From Felis catus (lineage: Eukaryota): a stretch of DNA of 64,000 bases. The notes under the pieces were generated by a model. It was given only the letters and a program-made list of their open reading frames with translations, was not told the origin of the DNA and made no database searches. Shown here piece by piece: positions 13,130 to 27,071 of this stretch. The stretch is from positions 83,702,001-83,766,000 of the forward strand of contig NC_058368.1 of the NCBI RefSeq assembly GCF_018350175.1, in the 5' to 3' direction. The translations under genes were made by a program, and so were the position numbers. The number at the start of each line of letters is the position of its first letter. Position 1 is the first letter of the stretch.

Positions 13130-16100
13130 CTCATATGAGTGAAATCATATAATCTTTGTGATTCTCTGACAAATTTCACTCAGCATAATACCCTCCAGTT
13201 CCATCCATGTAGTTGCAAATGGCAAGATTCCATTCTTTTTGATTGCCAAGTAATACTCCTATATGGGAGTATTGCTATACTTTGGTTATAGTTGACACTG
13301 CTGCTATAAACATGGGGGTGCATGTGTCCCTTTGAAACAGCACACCTGTATCCCGTGGATAAATGCCTAGTAGTGCAATTGCTGGGTCATAGGGTAGTTC
13401 TATTTTTAGTTATCTGAGGAACCTCCATAGTGTTTTCCACAGTGGCTGCACCAGCTTGCATTGCCACCAACGATGCAAAACAGATCCTCTTTCTCCACAT
13501 CCAAGCCAACATCTGTTGTTGCCTGAGTTGTTAATGTTAGCCATTCTGACAGGTGTAAGATGGTATCTTACTGTGGTCTTGATTTGTATTTCCGTGATAA
13601 TGAGTGATGTTGAGCATTTTTTCATGTGTCAGTTGGTCATCTGGATGTCTTCCTTGGAGAGGTGTCTATTCATGTCTTTTGCCCATTTCTTCACTGGATT
13701 AGTTGTTTTTTGGGTGTTGAGTTTGATAAGTGCTTTATAGATTTTGGATACTAAGCCTTTATCTGATATGTCATTTGCAGATATCTTCTTCCATTCTGTC
13801 GGTTGCCTTTTAGTTTTGCTGATTGCTTCCTTTGCTGTGCAGAAGCTTTTTATTTTGATGAGGTCCCAGAAGTTCATTTTTGCTTTTGTTTCCCTTGCCT
13901 CTGGAGACGTGTTGAGGAAGCAGTTGCTGTGGCCAAGATCAAACAGCCATTTGCCTGCTTTCTCCTTGAGTATTTGATGGCTTCCGGTCTTTCATCCATT
14001 TTATTTTTGTGTAGGGTGTAAGAAAGTGGTCCAGGTTCATTATTCTGCCTGTCGCTGTCCAGTTTTCCCAGCACCACTTGCTGAACACTGTCTTTATGAC
14101 ATTGGATATTCTTTCCTGCTTTGCCAAAGATTAGTTGGCCACACATTTGTGGGTCCATTTCTGGGTTCTCTATTCTGTTCCATCGATCAGAGTGTCTGTT
14201 CTTGTGCTGGTACCATACTGTCTTGATGATTACAACTTTGTAGTACAGCTTGATGTCTGGGATTGTGATGCCTCCTGCTTTGGTTTTCTTTTTCAAGATC
14301 GCTTTGGCTATTCGGGGTCTTTTCTGGTTCCATACAAATTTTAGGATTATTTACTCTAGCCCTGTGAAGAATGCTGGTGTTATTTTGATAGGGATTACAT
14401 TGAATACGTGGATGGCTTTGAGTAGTATTGACATTTTAACAAAATTTGTTCTTCCTATCCAGAAGCATGGAATCTTTTTCCATTTTTTTTTCTGTGTATT
14501 CTTCAGTTTCTTTCATAAGCTTTCTATAGTTTTCAGTGTATAGATTTTTCACCTCTTTGGTTAGATTCATTCCTAGGTAATTTATGGTTTTTTTGTGCAA
14601 CTGTAAATGGGATCGATTCCTGGATTTCTCTTTCTGTCACTTCATTGTTGGTGTATAGGAATGCAACTGATTTCTGTGCATTGATCTTATATCCTGCAAC
14701 TTTGCTGAATTCATGAATCAATTCTAGCAGTTTTTTTGGTGGAATCTTTTGGGTTTTCCATGTAGAGTATCATGCCATGTGCGAAGAGCAAAAGTTTGAC
14801 CACCTCCTGGCAGATTTGGATTCCATTTATTTCTTTGTGTTGTCTGATTGCAGAGGCTACGACTTCCAACACACTGTTGAATAACAGTGGCGAGAGTGGA
14901 TATCCCTGTCTTGTTCCTCACCTTAGGGGGAAAGCTCTCAGTTTTTCCACATTGAGGATGATATTAGCGTTGGGTCGTTCATATATGGCTTTTATGATCT
15001 CTAGGTATGCTCCTTCCTTCCCTACTTTCTTGAAGGTTTTTTTTTTATCAAGAAAGGATGCTGTATTTTGTCAAATGCTTTCTCTGCATCTATTGAGAGG
15101 ATCATATGGTTCTTGTCCTTTCTTGTATTGATGTGATGAAACACGTTGTTTTGTGGATATTGAACCATCCCTGCATCCCAGGTATAAATCCCACTTGGTC
15201 ATGGTGAATGATTTTCTTAATGTATTGTTGGATCTGGTTGGTTAATATCTTGTTGAGGATTTCTGCATCCATGTTCATCAGGGAAATTGGTCTATAGTTC
15301 TCCTTTTGAGTGGGGTCTCTGTCTGGTTTTGGAATCAAGGTAATGCTGGCTTCATAGAAAGGGTTTGGAAGTTTTCCTTCCTTTTCTTTTTTTTTTTTTT
15401 TTTTTTGGAACAGCTTCAAGAGAATAGGTGTTGCCTCTTCCTTACATGTTTGGTAGAATTCCCCTGGAAAGCCATCTGGCCCTGGACTCTTGTTTTTTGG
15501 AAGATTTTTGATTACTAATTCAATTTCCTTACTGGTTATGGGTCTCTTCAAATTTTCTGTTTCTTCCTGTTCCAGTTTTGGTAGTGTATATGTTTCTAGG
15601 AATTTGACCATTTCTTCCAGATTGCCCATTTTATTGGCATATAATTGCTCATAATACTCTCTTAGTATTGTTTTTATTTCTGCTGTGTGGTTGTGATCTC
15701 TCCTCTTTCATTCTTGATTTTATTTGGGTCCTTTCCTTTTTCTTTTTGATCAAACTGGCTAGTGGTTTATCAATTTTGTTAATTCTTTCAAAGAATCACC
15801 TTCTGGTTTCATGGGTCTGTTCTGCTTATTTATTTTTTATTTTTGGTTTCGATAGCATTAATTCCTGCTCTAATTTTTATTATTTCCTGTATTCTGCTGG
15901 TTTGGGGTTTTATTTGCTGTCCTTTTTCCAGCTCCTTAAGGCATAAGGCTAGGTTGTGTATCTGAGATCTTTCTTCCTTCTTTAGGAAGGCCTGGATTGC
16001 TATACACTTCCCTCTTTTGATCACCTTTGTTGTGTCCCAGAGGTTTGGGGTTATGGTGTCATCATTTTCATTGACTTGCATATACTTTTTAATTTCCTCT

Positions 16101-16900
16101 TTAACTTCTTGCTTAGCCCATTCATTTTTTTAGTAGGATGTTCTTCAGTCTCCAAGTATTTGCTACCTTTCCAAATTTTTTCTGGTGGTTGATTTTGCAT
16201 GTCATAACGTTGTGGTCTCAAAATAGGCACAGTATGATCTCAATCTTTTTATACTTACTTAGGGCTGATTTGTGTCCCAGTATATGCTCTATTCTGGAGA
16301 ACATTCCATGTGCACTGGAGATGAATGTATATTCTGCTGCTTTAGGATGAAATGTTCTGAATATATCTCTTAAGTCCATCTGGTCCAGTGTGTCTATTCA
16401 AAGCCATTGCTTCCTTGTTGATTTGTTGATTAGATGCTCTGTCCACTGTTGTGAGTGGGATGTTGAAGTCTCCTACTATCATGGTATTAGTATCGATGAG
16501 TTCCTTTATGTTTGTGATTACTTGATTTATATATTTGGGTGCTGCCACATTTGGCACACAAATGTTTACAATTATTAGGACTTCTTGATGGATAGACCCC
16601 TTGGATTATGATATAATGCCCATCTGCATCTCTTGATACAGTCTTTATTTTAAAGTCTAGATTGTCTGATATAAGTATGGCTTCTCCAGCTTTGTTCTGT
16701 TGACCATTAGCATGATAGATGTTCCTCCATCCCCTTATTTTCAAACTGAAGTTGTCTTTAGGTCTAAAGTGGGTCTCTTGTAAACAGCAGATAGATGGAT
16801 CTTGTTTACTCATCCATTCTGTTGCCCTATGTCTTTTGATTGGAGCATTGAGCCCATGGACGTTTAGAGTGAGTACTGAAAGATATAAATGTATTGTCAT
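13130..16900 (-). pseudogene. L1 ORF2p remnant (endonuclease and reverse transcriptase), multiple frameshifts
   Basis: Endonuclease: LTLNVHGLNAPIKR, CCLQETH, IVGDFNIPL. RT region: [30 protein letters not shown]-terminus: YHLTPVRMA. Confidence 0.92.
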
Positions 16901-17001
16901 TATGTTTCTTGTAGAGCTGGACTTTCTGGTAGTGTTCTCTGGTCCTTTCTAGTCTTTGTTGTTTTTGGTCTTTTTTTTCCCTTTTTTCATCTATTCTCCC
17001 C

Positions 17002-17860
17002 TCAGAGAGTCCCCCTTAAAATTTCTTGCAGGGCTGGTTTAGTGGTCACAAACTCCTTTAATTTTTGTTTGTCTGGGAAACTTTTTATCTCTGCTTCTAT
17101 TTTGAATGACAGCTGTGCTCTATAAAGAATTCTTGGAGGCATATTATTCTGATTCAGCACACTGAATATATCCCGCCACTCCTTTCTGGTCTGCTGCAAA
17201 CCTGATCTGTCTTCCCTTTTAAGTTAGGGACTGATTTTCCCTTGCTGCTTTCATGATTCTCTCCTTGCCTGAGTATTTTGTGAATTTGACTGTGATATGC
17301 CCTGTTGATGGTCAGTTTTTGTTGAATCGAATGGGGGTCCTCTGTGCTTCCTGGATTTTGCTGTCTGTGTCTTTCCCCAGGTTAGGAAATTTTTCTGCTA
17401 TGATTTGCTCACATAACACTTCTACCCTTATTTCTCTCTCTTCCTCTTCTGGGACCCCTCTGATTCTGATGTTGTTCCTTTTAATGAGTCACTGATTTCT
17501 CTAATTCTTAAATCATGCTCTTTTGCCTTCATCTCCCTCTTTTTTTTTTCTGCTTCATTATTCTCTTTAAATTTGTCCTCTATATCACTGATTCTCTGTT
17601 CTGCCTCATCCATCCTTGCTGCTGCAGCATCCATCCATGATTGCAGCTCAGTTACAACATTTTTTTATTTCATTCTGACTAATTTTTACTTCTTTTATCT
17701 CTGCAGAAAGGGATTCTAATCTATTTTTGACTCCAGGTAGTATTCTTATCGTGATTCTAAATTCTGATTCAGACATCTTGCTTGTACCTGTGTTGGTTAA
17801 ATCCCTGACTGTCGTTTCTTCATGATCTTTCTTTTGGGGTGAATTCCTTCGTTTTGTCAT
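17002..17860 (-). pseudogene. L1 ORF1p remnant (frameshifted)
   Basis: Fragments MTKRRNSPQKK..., ARMDEAEQRISDIEDK (coiled coil) and IKSFPDKQKLKEFVTTKPALQEILRGTL* lie in different frames. Confidence 0.9.
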
Positions 17861-17932
17861 TTTGAATGGAGAAAAGGAATTAATGAGATAGAAAAATCAA
17901 AATTACAAAAATATTAAAATTGAAATTAAAAA

Positions 17933-17966
<34 letters not shown>

Positions 17967-18052
17967 TCGAAGAAATGATGCTCGATCCTTGGTGTGTTTT
18001 GGTCTGGGTGTTGAAAGTGGTTGGACAGATTAGAGAAAAAAAAGTGGGGGAA

Positions 18053-18700
18053 GGAAATCGTTTAAGAATTTGAAAAAATGAATACACTGAAAAATGAGAT
18101 GATGGGAGTAAAATAGAATTTGAAAAAAATCACACAAGTAAGGGATATAGTAGAAAAAATTAAAGAAAAATATTTTAATTAAAATGAAAAATAAAAATGA
18201 TTTTCATTTCTTTCCACATTCAAGAAAAAGAAAAGACATGAAAAATAGAAAAAGAAAAGAAAAAGGAAATCATTTGAAAATTTGAAAAAGTGAGTACTCT
18301 GTAGTAGACTAAAATAAAATGATGGATGTAAAATATAATTTGAAAAAATTTACATAGATATAAAAAATATTGTAAAAAATTAAAGAAAAATAGTTTTAAT
18401 AGAGATTGAAAGTAAAAATGAATTTTTCTCTTTCTGCATTCAAGAAAAAGAAAAGAAATGAAACAAAGAAAAAGGAAAAAAGGAAATCATTAGAAAATTT
18501 GAAAAAGTGAACACACTGAAGTAGACAAAAATAAAATGATGGAAGTAAAATAGAATTTGATAAAATTTATGCAAAAGTAAAAAATATAGTAAAAAAATTA
18601 AAGGAAATATTTTTAATAAACATTTAAAATAAGCATGAATTTTTTCTATTACTGTATTCAGGAAAAAGAAAAGAAATGAAAAGACAAAAAAAAGAAAGAA
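18053..18700. repeat. Three diverged tandem copies of a 212-217-bp A-rich unit in the L1 5' UTR
   Basis: Units start with ggaaatc at 18053, 18265 and 18482 and share gaatttgaaaaa, gatgg.agtaaaatagaatttg and ttcaagaaaaagaaaaga. Confidence 0.85.
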
Positions 18701-19810
18701 AGAAAATTGAATAGATGGACCTGCTAACAGATTGAAATAGAACGGAAATTACTTCGTTTTTCCCCTAGAAGTCAGACTATGAGTGCTTTATAGTCCATAA
18801 ACTAAGCGGGTGGTGAGACTTGTGTTCTTGAAGAGCAAGGTTGGCCCAGTTGGGCGGGGCTCAGTGTAAAAGCTCCATTCTCCACTACATGGCGCTGCTA
18901 GCCTACTGGGGTGGAGTGTTGTGGCACTCTTAGGTGCATATGCCCATGCTTGGGAGTGGTAAAAATGGCATCACCCAGCTACACAGTCTCTAGTATCGAA
19001 ACTCTGTTCTCCCCGATCAGCAATTGTGCACCCATCCTCTGTCTTCAGCTTTCATCCACTCCCCGCTTTTTCACTGTCTGTGACCAAGCCCCAGGCAGTA
19101 CCTCTCTCCCGAGTTTTGTCTCAGATGCGGCTGTTTTCCCTGGCCCTTTACTTCAGAAGGACTGTGGCTTTGACTCGTTCTGCTCCTCTGTGGGAGGGTC
19201 TCACTGAGCAATGTCGGAATGAGCAATGGGCCAAATGTTGGCTGCACCCAGAAACACTTTCTGGACCCTGCTGCTGCCGGTGCCCCGAGACTGCAGTCAG
19301 GTGCCAGCCTGCCCCAGAAAAAGTTCACGAGATAGTGTACCAGCAGCTTTTCAGGGATTAGGGAAAATCACAACACACATCAGGCACTAGGCTTCACCCT
19401 TAACGACCTTGTTCCAGCACCAAAGAATGTGGCTGTTTTCTGGGGTCTGCTGGGACCAGGTGGCTTCAACAGTCTCTACCAAATGTCCTTCCAGCAGTGG
19501 AACGGCTTTTCCCTGTGTGGCCTGAGAACCTCCCAGACCCCACTCTGTTCCTGGGGATTCGCCCTTACCACCAGAGCACCGCCAGGTATGGAGCTGCGGA
19601 GTTGCAGACTTTGTGCTTCCCTTGTTTGCAGTCTTAATGGAATTTAATCCCTCTCCTTTCTCCTTTCTCCTTTCTCCCTTTTTAGTTTAGTCCCTGCAGC
19701 TGTTTCCAATTTTCCACTTTCTCTCCAGCTGCTTTTGGGAAGGAGTGCTTTTCCCATATTCTTCCCCCACCCCCGTCTCTGTCCTCTCTCCACCCACAAA
19801 AGCACCTCAG

Positions 19811-22756
19811 ACTTCTCAAAAAGAAAAGAGAGAGGACCCAAATAGATAAAATCACAAATGAAACTGTACATATCACAACCCACCCCTCAGAAATACAAAC
19901 AATTTATCAGAGAATACTATGAAGAATTATATGCCAACAAACTGGACAACCTGGAAGAAATGGACAAATTCCTAGACACCCACACACTCCAAAACTCAAA
20001 CTGTAAGAAAGAGAAAATTTTACCACACCCATGACTAGTGAAGAAATTGATTGTTATAAAAAATCTCCCAACAAATAAGATCTGGGACATATGGCTTTCC
20101 AGGGGAATTCTACCAGGCATTTAAAGCAGAGTTACAACCTATCCTTCTCAAGCTGTTCCAATAAAGAGAAATGGAAGGAAAGCTTCCAAAATCATTCTAT
20201 GAAGCCAACATTAACTTGATTCCCAAACCAGAGACCCCCAAAAAAGGAGAATTACAGGCCAATATCCCTAATGAACATGGATGTAAAAATTCTCAACAAG
20301 ATAGTAAGAAATTTAATTCAACAGCATATAAAAATAATGATTCACCATGATTAAGTGGGATTCATTCCTGAGCTGCAGGTCTGGCTCAATGTTTTCAAAT
20401 CCATCAATGTGATACATCACATTAATAAAAGAAAGGATAAGAGCCTGTCAATAGATGCAGAAACAGTAGTTGACAAAATACAGCATCCTTTCTTAATAAA
20501 AACCCTCAAGAAATAGGGATAGAAGGAACATAACATCATAAAAGACATAAATGAAATGCCCACAGCTAATATCATCCTCAATAGAGAAAAACTGAGAGCT
20601 TTCCCCCTGAGATCAGAAACATGGCAGGGATGTCTATTCTCCCCACTGTTGTTTCATATAGTGTTGGTAGTCCTAGACTCAGAAAACAGAAAACAAAATG
20701 AAATAAAAGACATCCAAATTGGCAAAGAAGAAGTCAGGCTTTCACTTTTCAGATATGACATGATCCTCTCCATGGCAAACCTGAAAGACTCCACCACAGA
20801 GCTGATAGAACTGACACATGAATTCATCAGTCTCAGGATACAAAATCAAGGTATAGAAATTGGTTGCATATATTTACACCAATAATGATGCAACAGAAAG
20901 AGAAGTCAAGAAATTGACCCCATTTACAATTGCACCAAAACCATAAAATACCTAAGAATAAACCTAACCAAAGATGTAAAAGATCTGTATGCTGAAAACT
21001 ATAGAAAGCCTATGAAGGAAGTTGAACAAGACACAAGGAAATGGAAAAACATTCCATGCTCATTGAGTGGAAGAATAAATATTGTTAAAATGTCAATACT
21101 ACCCAAAGCAATCTACACATTCCATGCAATACCAATCAAAATTGCACTGGCATTCTTCTCAAAGCTGGAACAAACCATCCTAAAATTTGTGTGAAACCAC
21201 AAAAGACCTTGAATAGTAAAACTAATATTGAAAACGAAAATCAAAGCAGGAGGCATCACAATCCCAGACTGTAGCCTCTACTGCAAAGCTGTAGTCATCA
21301 ATACAGTATGGTATTGGCACAAAAACAGACACATAGGCCAATTGGATAGAATAGAAAACCCAGAATTTGACCCACAAATGTATGACCAATTAATCTTTGA
21401 AAAAACAAGAAAGAGTATCCAATGTAAAAAAGATAGTCTCTTTAGCAAATGGTGCTGGGATAACTGGACAGCAACATGTAGAAGAATGAAATAAGAACAT
21501 TTTCTTACACCATAGACAAAAATAAATTTAAAATGGATGAAAGATCTAAATGTGATACAGGAAACCATCAAAACCCTAGAGGAGAAAACAGGCAACAACC
21601 TCTTTGACCTCAGCCACAGCAAATTCTTGCCCACCATGTCTCTAAAGGCAAGGGAATTAAAAACAAAAATGAACTAGTGGAACCTCATCAGGATAAAAAG
21701 CCTCTGCACTGCCAAGGAAACAATGAACAAAACTAAAGGCAACAGACAGAATGGGAAAGATATTTACAAATGACATATCGGATAAAGGGTTAGTGTCCAA
21801 AATCTATAACTAACTCACCAAACTCAACACCCCAAAACAAATAATCCAATGAAGAATGGGAAGAATACATGAATAGACACTTTTCCAAAGAAGACATCCA
21901 GATAGCCAACAGACACATGAAAAGATGCTCAAAGTCGCTCATCATCAGGGAAATACAAATCAACACCACACTGAGATACCACCTCACAATGGTCAGAGTG
22001 GCTAAAATTAACAACTCAGGAAACAATAGATGCTGGAGTGGATTTGGAGAAATGGAACCCTCTTGCTCTGTTGGTGGGAATGTAAATGGGTGCAGCCTCT
22101 CTGGAAAACAGTGTGAAGGTTCCTCAAAAAATTACAAATAGAACTACCCTATGACCCAGCAATAATAGTACAAGTAATTTATCCAAAGGATACAGGAGTG
22201 CTGAATCATAGAGGCACACGTACCCCAATGTTTATAGTAATGCTTTCAACAATAACCAATTATGGAAAAAGTGTAAATGTCCATCAACTGATGAATGGAT
22301 AAAGAAGATGTGGTTTATATATACAATATAATTCTACTTGGCAATGAAAGAGAATGAAATCCTGTCACTTGCAGCAATGTGGATGGAACTGGAGGGTATT
22401 ATGCTAAGTGAAATAAGTCAGTCAGAGAAAGAAACATGTCATATGTTTTTACTCATATGTGGAACTTGAGAAACTTAACAGAAGACCATGGGGGAAGGGA
22501 AGAGGAAAAAATAGTTACAGAGAAGGAGGGAAACAAACCATAAGAGACTATTGAATACAGAGAGCAAACTGAGGGTTGATGGTGGGGTGGATCAAGGGAG
22601 AAGGAAAATGGGTGATGGGCATTGAGGAGGGCACTTGTTGGGATGAGCACTGGGTGTTGTATATAAGCGATGAATCATGGCAATCTACCCCCAAAACCAA
22701 GAGTACACTGTATACACTGAATGTTAGCCAACTTGACAAATTGTATTTAAAAAAAA
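19811..22756 (+). mobile_element. 5'-truncated LINE-1 (ORF2 RT to 3' end), degraded
   Basis: ORF2 fragments [35 protein letters not shown] and [11 protein letters not shown]; 3' UTR and A-tail near 22750. Confidence 0.94.
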
Positions 22757-23859
22757 TTGAGATGATTTTCTTTATCAGTCTGAAGTCACTTGCATATGCT
22801 ATTACATAACTAAATATAGTTGAATGAGATTGAAAACTTGAAGCTATGTTCGCACAGTATAAAATAAATTATACATTGAGGTTTTGTACTTGAGAATATG
22901 TTAGAAGATATGGAAGTGTCTCAGGCATATAATCATGATTAACATTAAGTATATAAAATACAATAGGACATTTTATTAATTGTTCTATGAAAGTTTTATA
23001 GAATATATAAAAAATCTAACAGGATTTACATACATATCAAAACCAATATCCATATGAAATACCTTGTTAGCTAGGAATACAAACATATTTATTTAAAGTA
23101 TACACACATCACATATGTAACGACACATCACATATGAAAAGAAATAGAAGTATAAGAGCATAATATAAAAGTTACAACATGGTATCTTCAAAAATTATGA
23201 AAATTTGTTTCTCTTGCAATAAAAATGTGGTAAAATTTGATATTTCTATGTAATAGAAATCAGTTTTTATACATGAGATTTCAAAGAATAAAGCATCTGC
23301 TTTGTGAGACTCCCCATATCATGTATAGGAAAGACTAATTTTTATTTGCTGAACATTATTGTGATTTATTTTCTTTATTTTTCATTGTTGGAATTGAATA
23401 ACTTTTCTTGGCACATATGTAGAATAAGAGTCATTATCTTCAGCTCCTCTAGAAAAATTCCTGAATCAACCTCTTTGTAATTCCTGTATTAGTGATCAGA
23501 GTCAATGAACTTAAAAATTCAAAGCCTTTCCATTTCTTTTACCATTTGGGCTAGGTTTTGTGGTATGGATTCCCTCAATTTTTATTTTCTAAGATATTTT
23601 ATATGTTTTTTCTTTGTCTTGAATTTTTCAATATTTCTGACAAAGGGTATCATTTTCTTGTGTTCTTATTATTTAAAAAAACACATTTCTGTCATTTAAT
23701 GGTTTTTGGAGGAGTGGTACAACCATACATACATTACCCCATTTTCATTGTATACTTTCAAATTACAATATTGAATGACTATATAGATAGGCAAGACTGC
23801 CATTTTCTTGTAAGAATAACATGGAAAATTAATTAATTTTTCAATTCACTAATTAATTA

Positions 23860-24048
23860 ATTAAATTGAAAGAGTGAGAGAGAGTTCACATCAGCAGGGG
23901 ATGGTTAAGGAGAGAGGGAGAGAGAGAATCCCAAGCAGGCTCCACAAAGTCTGTGAAGCCCAACATGGGGCTTGATCTCATGAACTGTGAACTCATAACC
24001 CAAGCCCAAATCAATAGCTGGACACTTAACAGACTGAGCCACCACTCT
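23860..24048 (-). mobile_element. Can-SINE (older)
   Basis: gagagaatcccaagcaggctcc...cttaacagactgagccacc. Confidence 0.85.
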
Positions 24049-24190
24049 TGGAAAATGATTTTAGAAAGCTAATTGATGGTATGTGTAAATTTAGTTATGT
24101 ATCCCTGTTTTTGGTTTACCTATTGTATTTCTAAAAATGTTATTTTATAAATATATAATAGTAAACATAGTCTAAAATCATGCAAGTATG

Positions 24191-24419
24191 TGAGACACCT
24201 GGGAGGTCAGTCGGTTAAGACTCCAATTTTGGTTCAGGTTTGTGAGTTCCAGCCCCGTATAGCGCTCTGTGCTGATAGCTTGGAACCCAGAGTCTGGAGT
24301 CTGTGTCTCCAGATTCTGTGTCTCCCTCACTCTTTGTCCCTCCCCTGCTTGAGCTCTGTCACTCTCTCAAAAATAAATAAACATTAAAAAATATTTTAAA
24401 AACATAAATAAATAAACTT
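24191..24419 (+). mobile_element. Can-SINE
   Basis: TSD tgcaagtatg at 24181 and 24421; AATAAA tail. Confidence 0.85.
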
Positions 24420-25615
24420 GTGCAAGTATGCTAAATGCAAGTATTAATTAAAGAAAAAATGTACACCTTCCTATTGTAAGGAAAATATTTAATAAATTGT
24501 GGATATTCAATTGTAAGGAAAATATTTAATAAATTGTAGATATTCAATAAGAATTAAAAAGCTCACAATACTATAAATAAAAACAATGGTATGGAATTGT
24601 ACGTGTAATATGATAGCAAGAGCAATATATGCATATCATCATAGGAAAACTTGGCGTTAAATTAAAAAAAAATAGTAGCTAGATTTTTCCAAATGTGTTT
24701 CATTGAGTCCTTTTAGTAAACGTGCTTTCCATGTGCTTGTTGTTCCTCCTATACTATTTCCTGGTTTATTTTTGCAGGATTTGTCTTTTATATCTTGTAT
24801 AGTATAGTATATTTATCCTCTTTATTTTAATATATCTATACTCTTCTTGTCAACTTTGTTAGCAATTTGTTGTGTATAGTGGTAATTTAATTTTTAATGG
24901 AAATTATTATCCAAATACCCTTAAGGATGTTTTAAACTTATCTTTGCCTTTTTGTTAGTATTTCTTTGGAAATTTTGTGTTTCTTTATTTAAATCAAGTT
25001 TTCTTTTAAATTTTTTTCTGTTTATTTTATTAAATATAATTTTTTCTGTGTCATGGATTCCAATTTCATTTAAATAGATTTAACATTATAACTCGTGTAT
25101 TTCTTTCCTATATTATGTTTTTATGGGTATAAAGAAGTAACGCTTCTGTAAATGTGAGTTTCCCTGTATAAATTCTTCTCATCTTGCATACTATAAATGA
25201 AAGCTTGTGTTCCTTAACATGTCCCATTATGTTTCCAACTTGTCCTCCAATTAGTGAGTGTGTTATACGTATGTGAAAATTCTGGGAGGCAAATTAAACC
25301 AGTCTTTTATTCCTCTTCTTTCTCATAAATTAAAAATGCATTTATGCAGTTGCTATCAAGATGTTTAAGGGGTATAAACTGCACAAGGTATTTTTGGAGA
25401 GGTATTACTAATTTTTCAGAATATTTTCCTGATGTTTTTTCTTTCTTATTTTTTGTTCTCAAGGTATTCTTTGGCAGTAAATACAGGTTTAAAATTTCTC
25501 TTTAGCTCTTGTAGACTGAAAACAATATTCTGACACAAAGATGAATTTTAAATGAAACTCAATTTTATTTTTTTCTTATAAGTTTAAATATAAATTTTAA
25601 AAACAATTAATAAAA

Positions 25616-25840
25616 GGGGGTGCCTCTGTGACTCAGTTGGTTGAGGGTCTCACTCTTGTTTTCAGCTCAGGTCATGATCCCAGGGTCATGAGATCAAACC
25701 TTGTGTCAGGCTCCATGCTGAGTGTGTAGCCTGTTTAAGATTCTGTCCCTCCCTCTAACCCTCTCCCCTGCTCACTCTGTCTGTTTAAAAAAACAAAACA
25801 ATAAATAATAAAATAAAATAAATAAAATAATAAAATAAAA
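25616..25840 (+). mobile_element. Can-SINE
   Basis: gggggtgcctctgtgactcagttggttgag head and (TAAAA)n tail. Confidence 0.88.
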
Positions 25841-26439
25841 GTAATAAGTTTAAATCACATGAAAGCCCACACAGATTCTGTATTAATTATACTTTTTTTA
25901 TTTTTGCTGATGTTTTAGTGCTTATTTTTTCCTTGTGGGTGTCATAATAAAAAATGAAAGTAAAAGTAAGACTGTAGATTAAATCAATTTTTCTATGCCT
26001 GCACATTTCTGTTAAAATGCTTGTAATTTACAAATTGATGAATTTCACTCTCTTTGGACAGAAGTATAAAGAATGATACACACTTTCTTTCACTTTCTCT
26101 CAATTTCTAAATCCTTTAAAGAGAAGGGGAATAAATATAAATAATACATGAATTGATCAACTTAATATAAGCTTACTCATTTCATTAATAATAAAGTCAT
26201 AATTTAATTACAAATTAGTCAATGTATTACAATTCTGAATTATTTTTATGTTTTCATAATATAAATAAGCCAATATAATGAAATTTGTCCATTCTCTGGA
26301 TTAAACTAGTGGAGAAATGGTTGTATATTATATATTACTTTTAAGTTATTTATACATATAATATGTACATGTAACATATATATAAAGTGTTTATATGTAC
26401 ACAATATGTGTGAAAATGTAGAAATAAAGTGTTTTATAT

Positions 26440-26653
26440 ATTTTTTAAGTTAATTTATTTATTTATTTTGAGAGAAAGAGAGAGAGAACACAAGCAGAGG
26501 AGGGGCAGAGAGGGAGGGACAGAGAATTCCAAGCAGGCTCCACACTGTCACTGCAGAGCCTGATGCATGGCTTGATCTCACGAATCGAGAGATCATTACC
26601 TGAGCTGAAATCAAGAGTCAGACTCTTAACTGACTGAGACACCCAGGCACCCC
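26440..26653 (-). mobile_element. Can-SINE in sense orientation downstream of the OR stop codon
   Basis: Antisense on the + strand, ending cccaggcacccc; tail carries overlapping AATAAA hexamers at 26454-26467. Confidence 0.9.
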
Positions 26654-27071
26654 AATTATATTTTATGTTTTATGGGAATATATGTTATGACACAATTAAT
26701 TTTTCAGAAAGGGTGAGATTAATTATATTTCAAGAAAGCTGAGAAGTGCAGGTAACATTTCAGTTGAGTCTTTAGAAAGAAGTAGAGGTTTACCAGATAA
26801 ACATGTACTCCAGAGTGAAATAATTTATGCATGAAAGTTGATGGTATGGCTAAAGAAGAGCAAAGATCTTTCTGTAGCTAGAGCATAGGATCTTGGATTT
26901 GTGCAAAGGTTTGGGAAGAATAAAACACTACTGTGACTGGACTTATATTAGCTTCTTATAGAATTTTGTTTCTTTTGCTATTTCTCATGGAATTGTTAAA
27001 AAAAAAGAAAAGAAAAGAAAAAAACAGCACTTAGAACAAATAATCCATGAGCTAAGTGTAGCAAATTTATG

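Larger units (their letters stand above)
12889..19808 (-). mobile_element. Near-full-length, inactivated LINE-1 (5' UTR, ORF1, ORF2, 3' UTR)
   Basis: Order on the minus strand: GC-richer 5' UTR 19808-18720, T-rich repeats, ORF1 from 17860, ORF2 from 16900, 3' UTR and A-tail near 12890. Confidence 0.95.

Noticed and set aside
12889..19808. Possible active full-length L1
   Set aside because: ORF1 and ORF2 are broken by several frameshifts and deletions, and the extreme 5' end appears to be missing.
19790..19830. Twin-priming explanation for the head-to-head L1 junction
   Set aside because: Both arms cover the same ORF2 and 3' region and each has its own, different 3' UTR and tail, so they are two elements.
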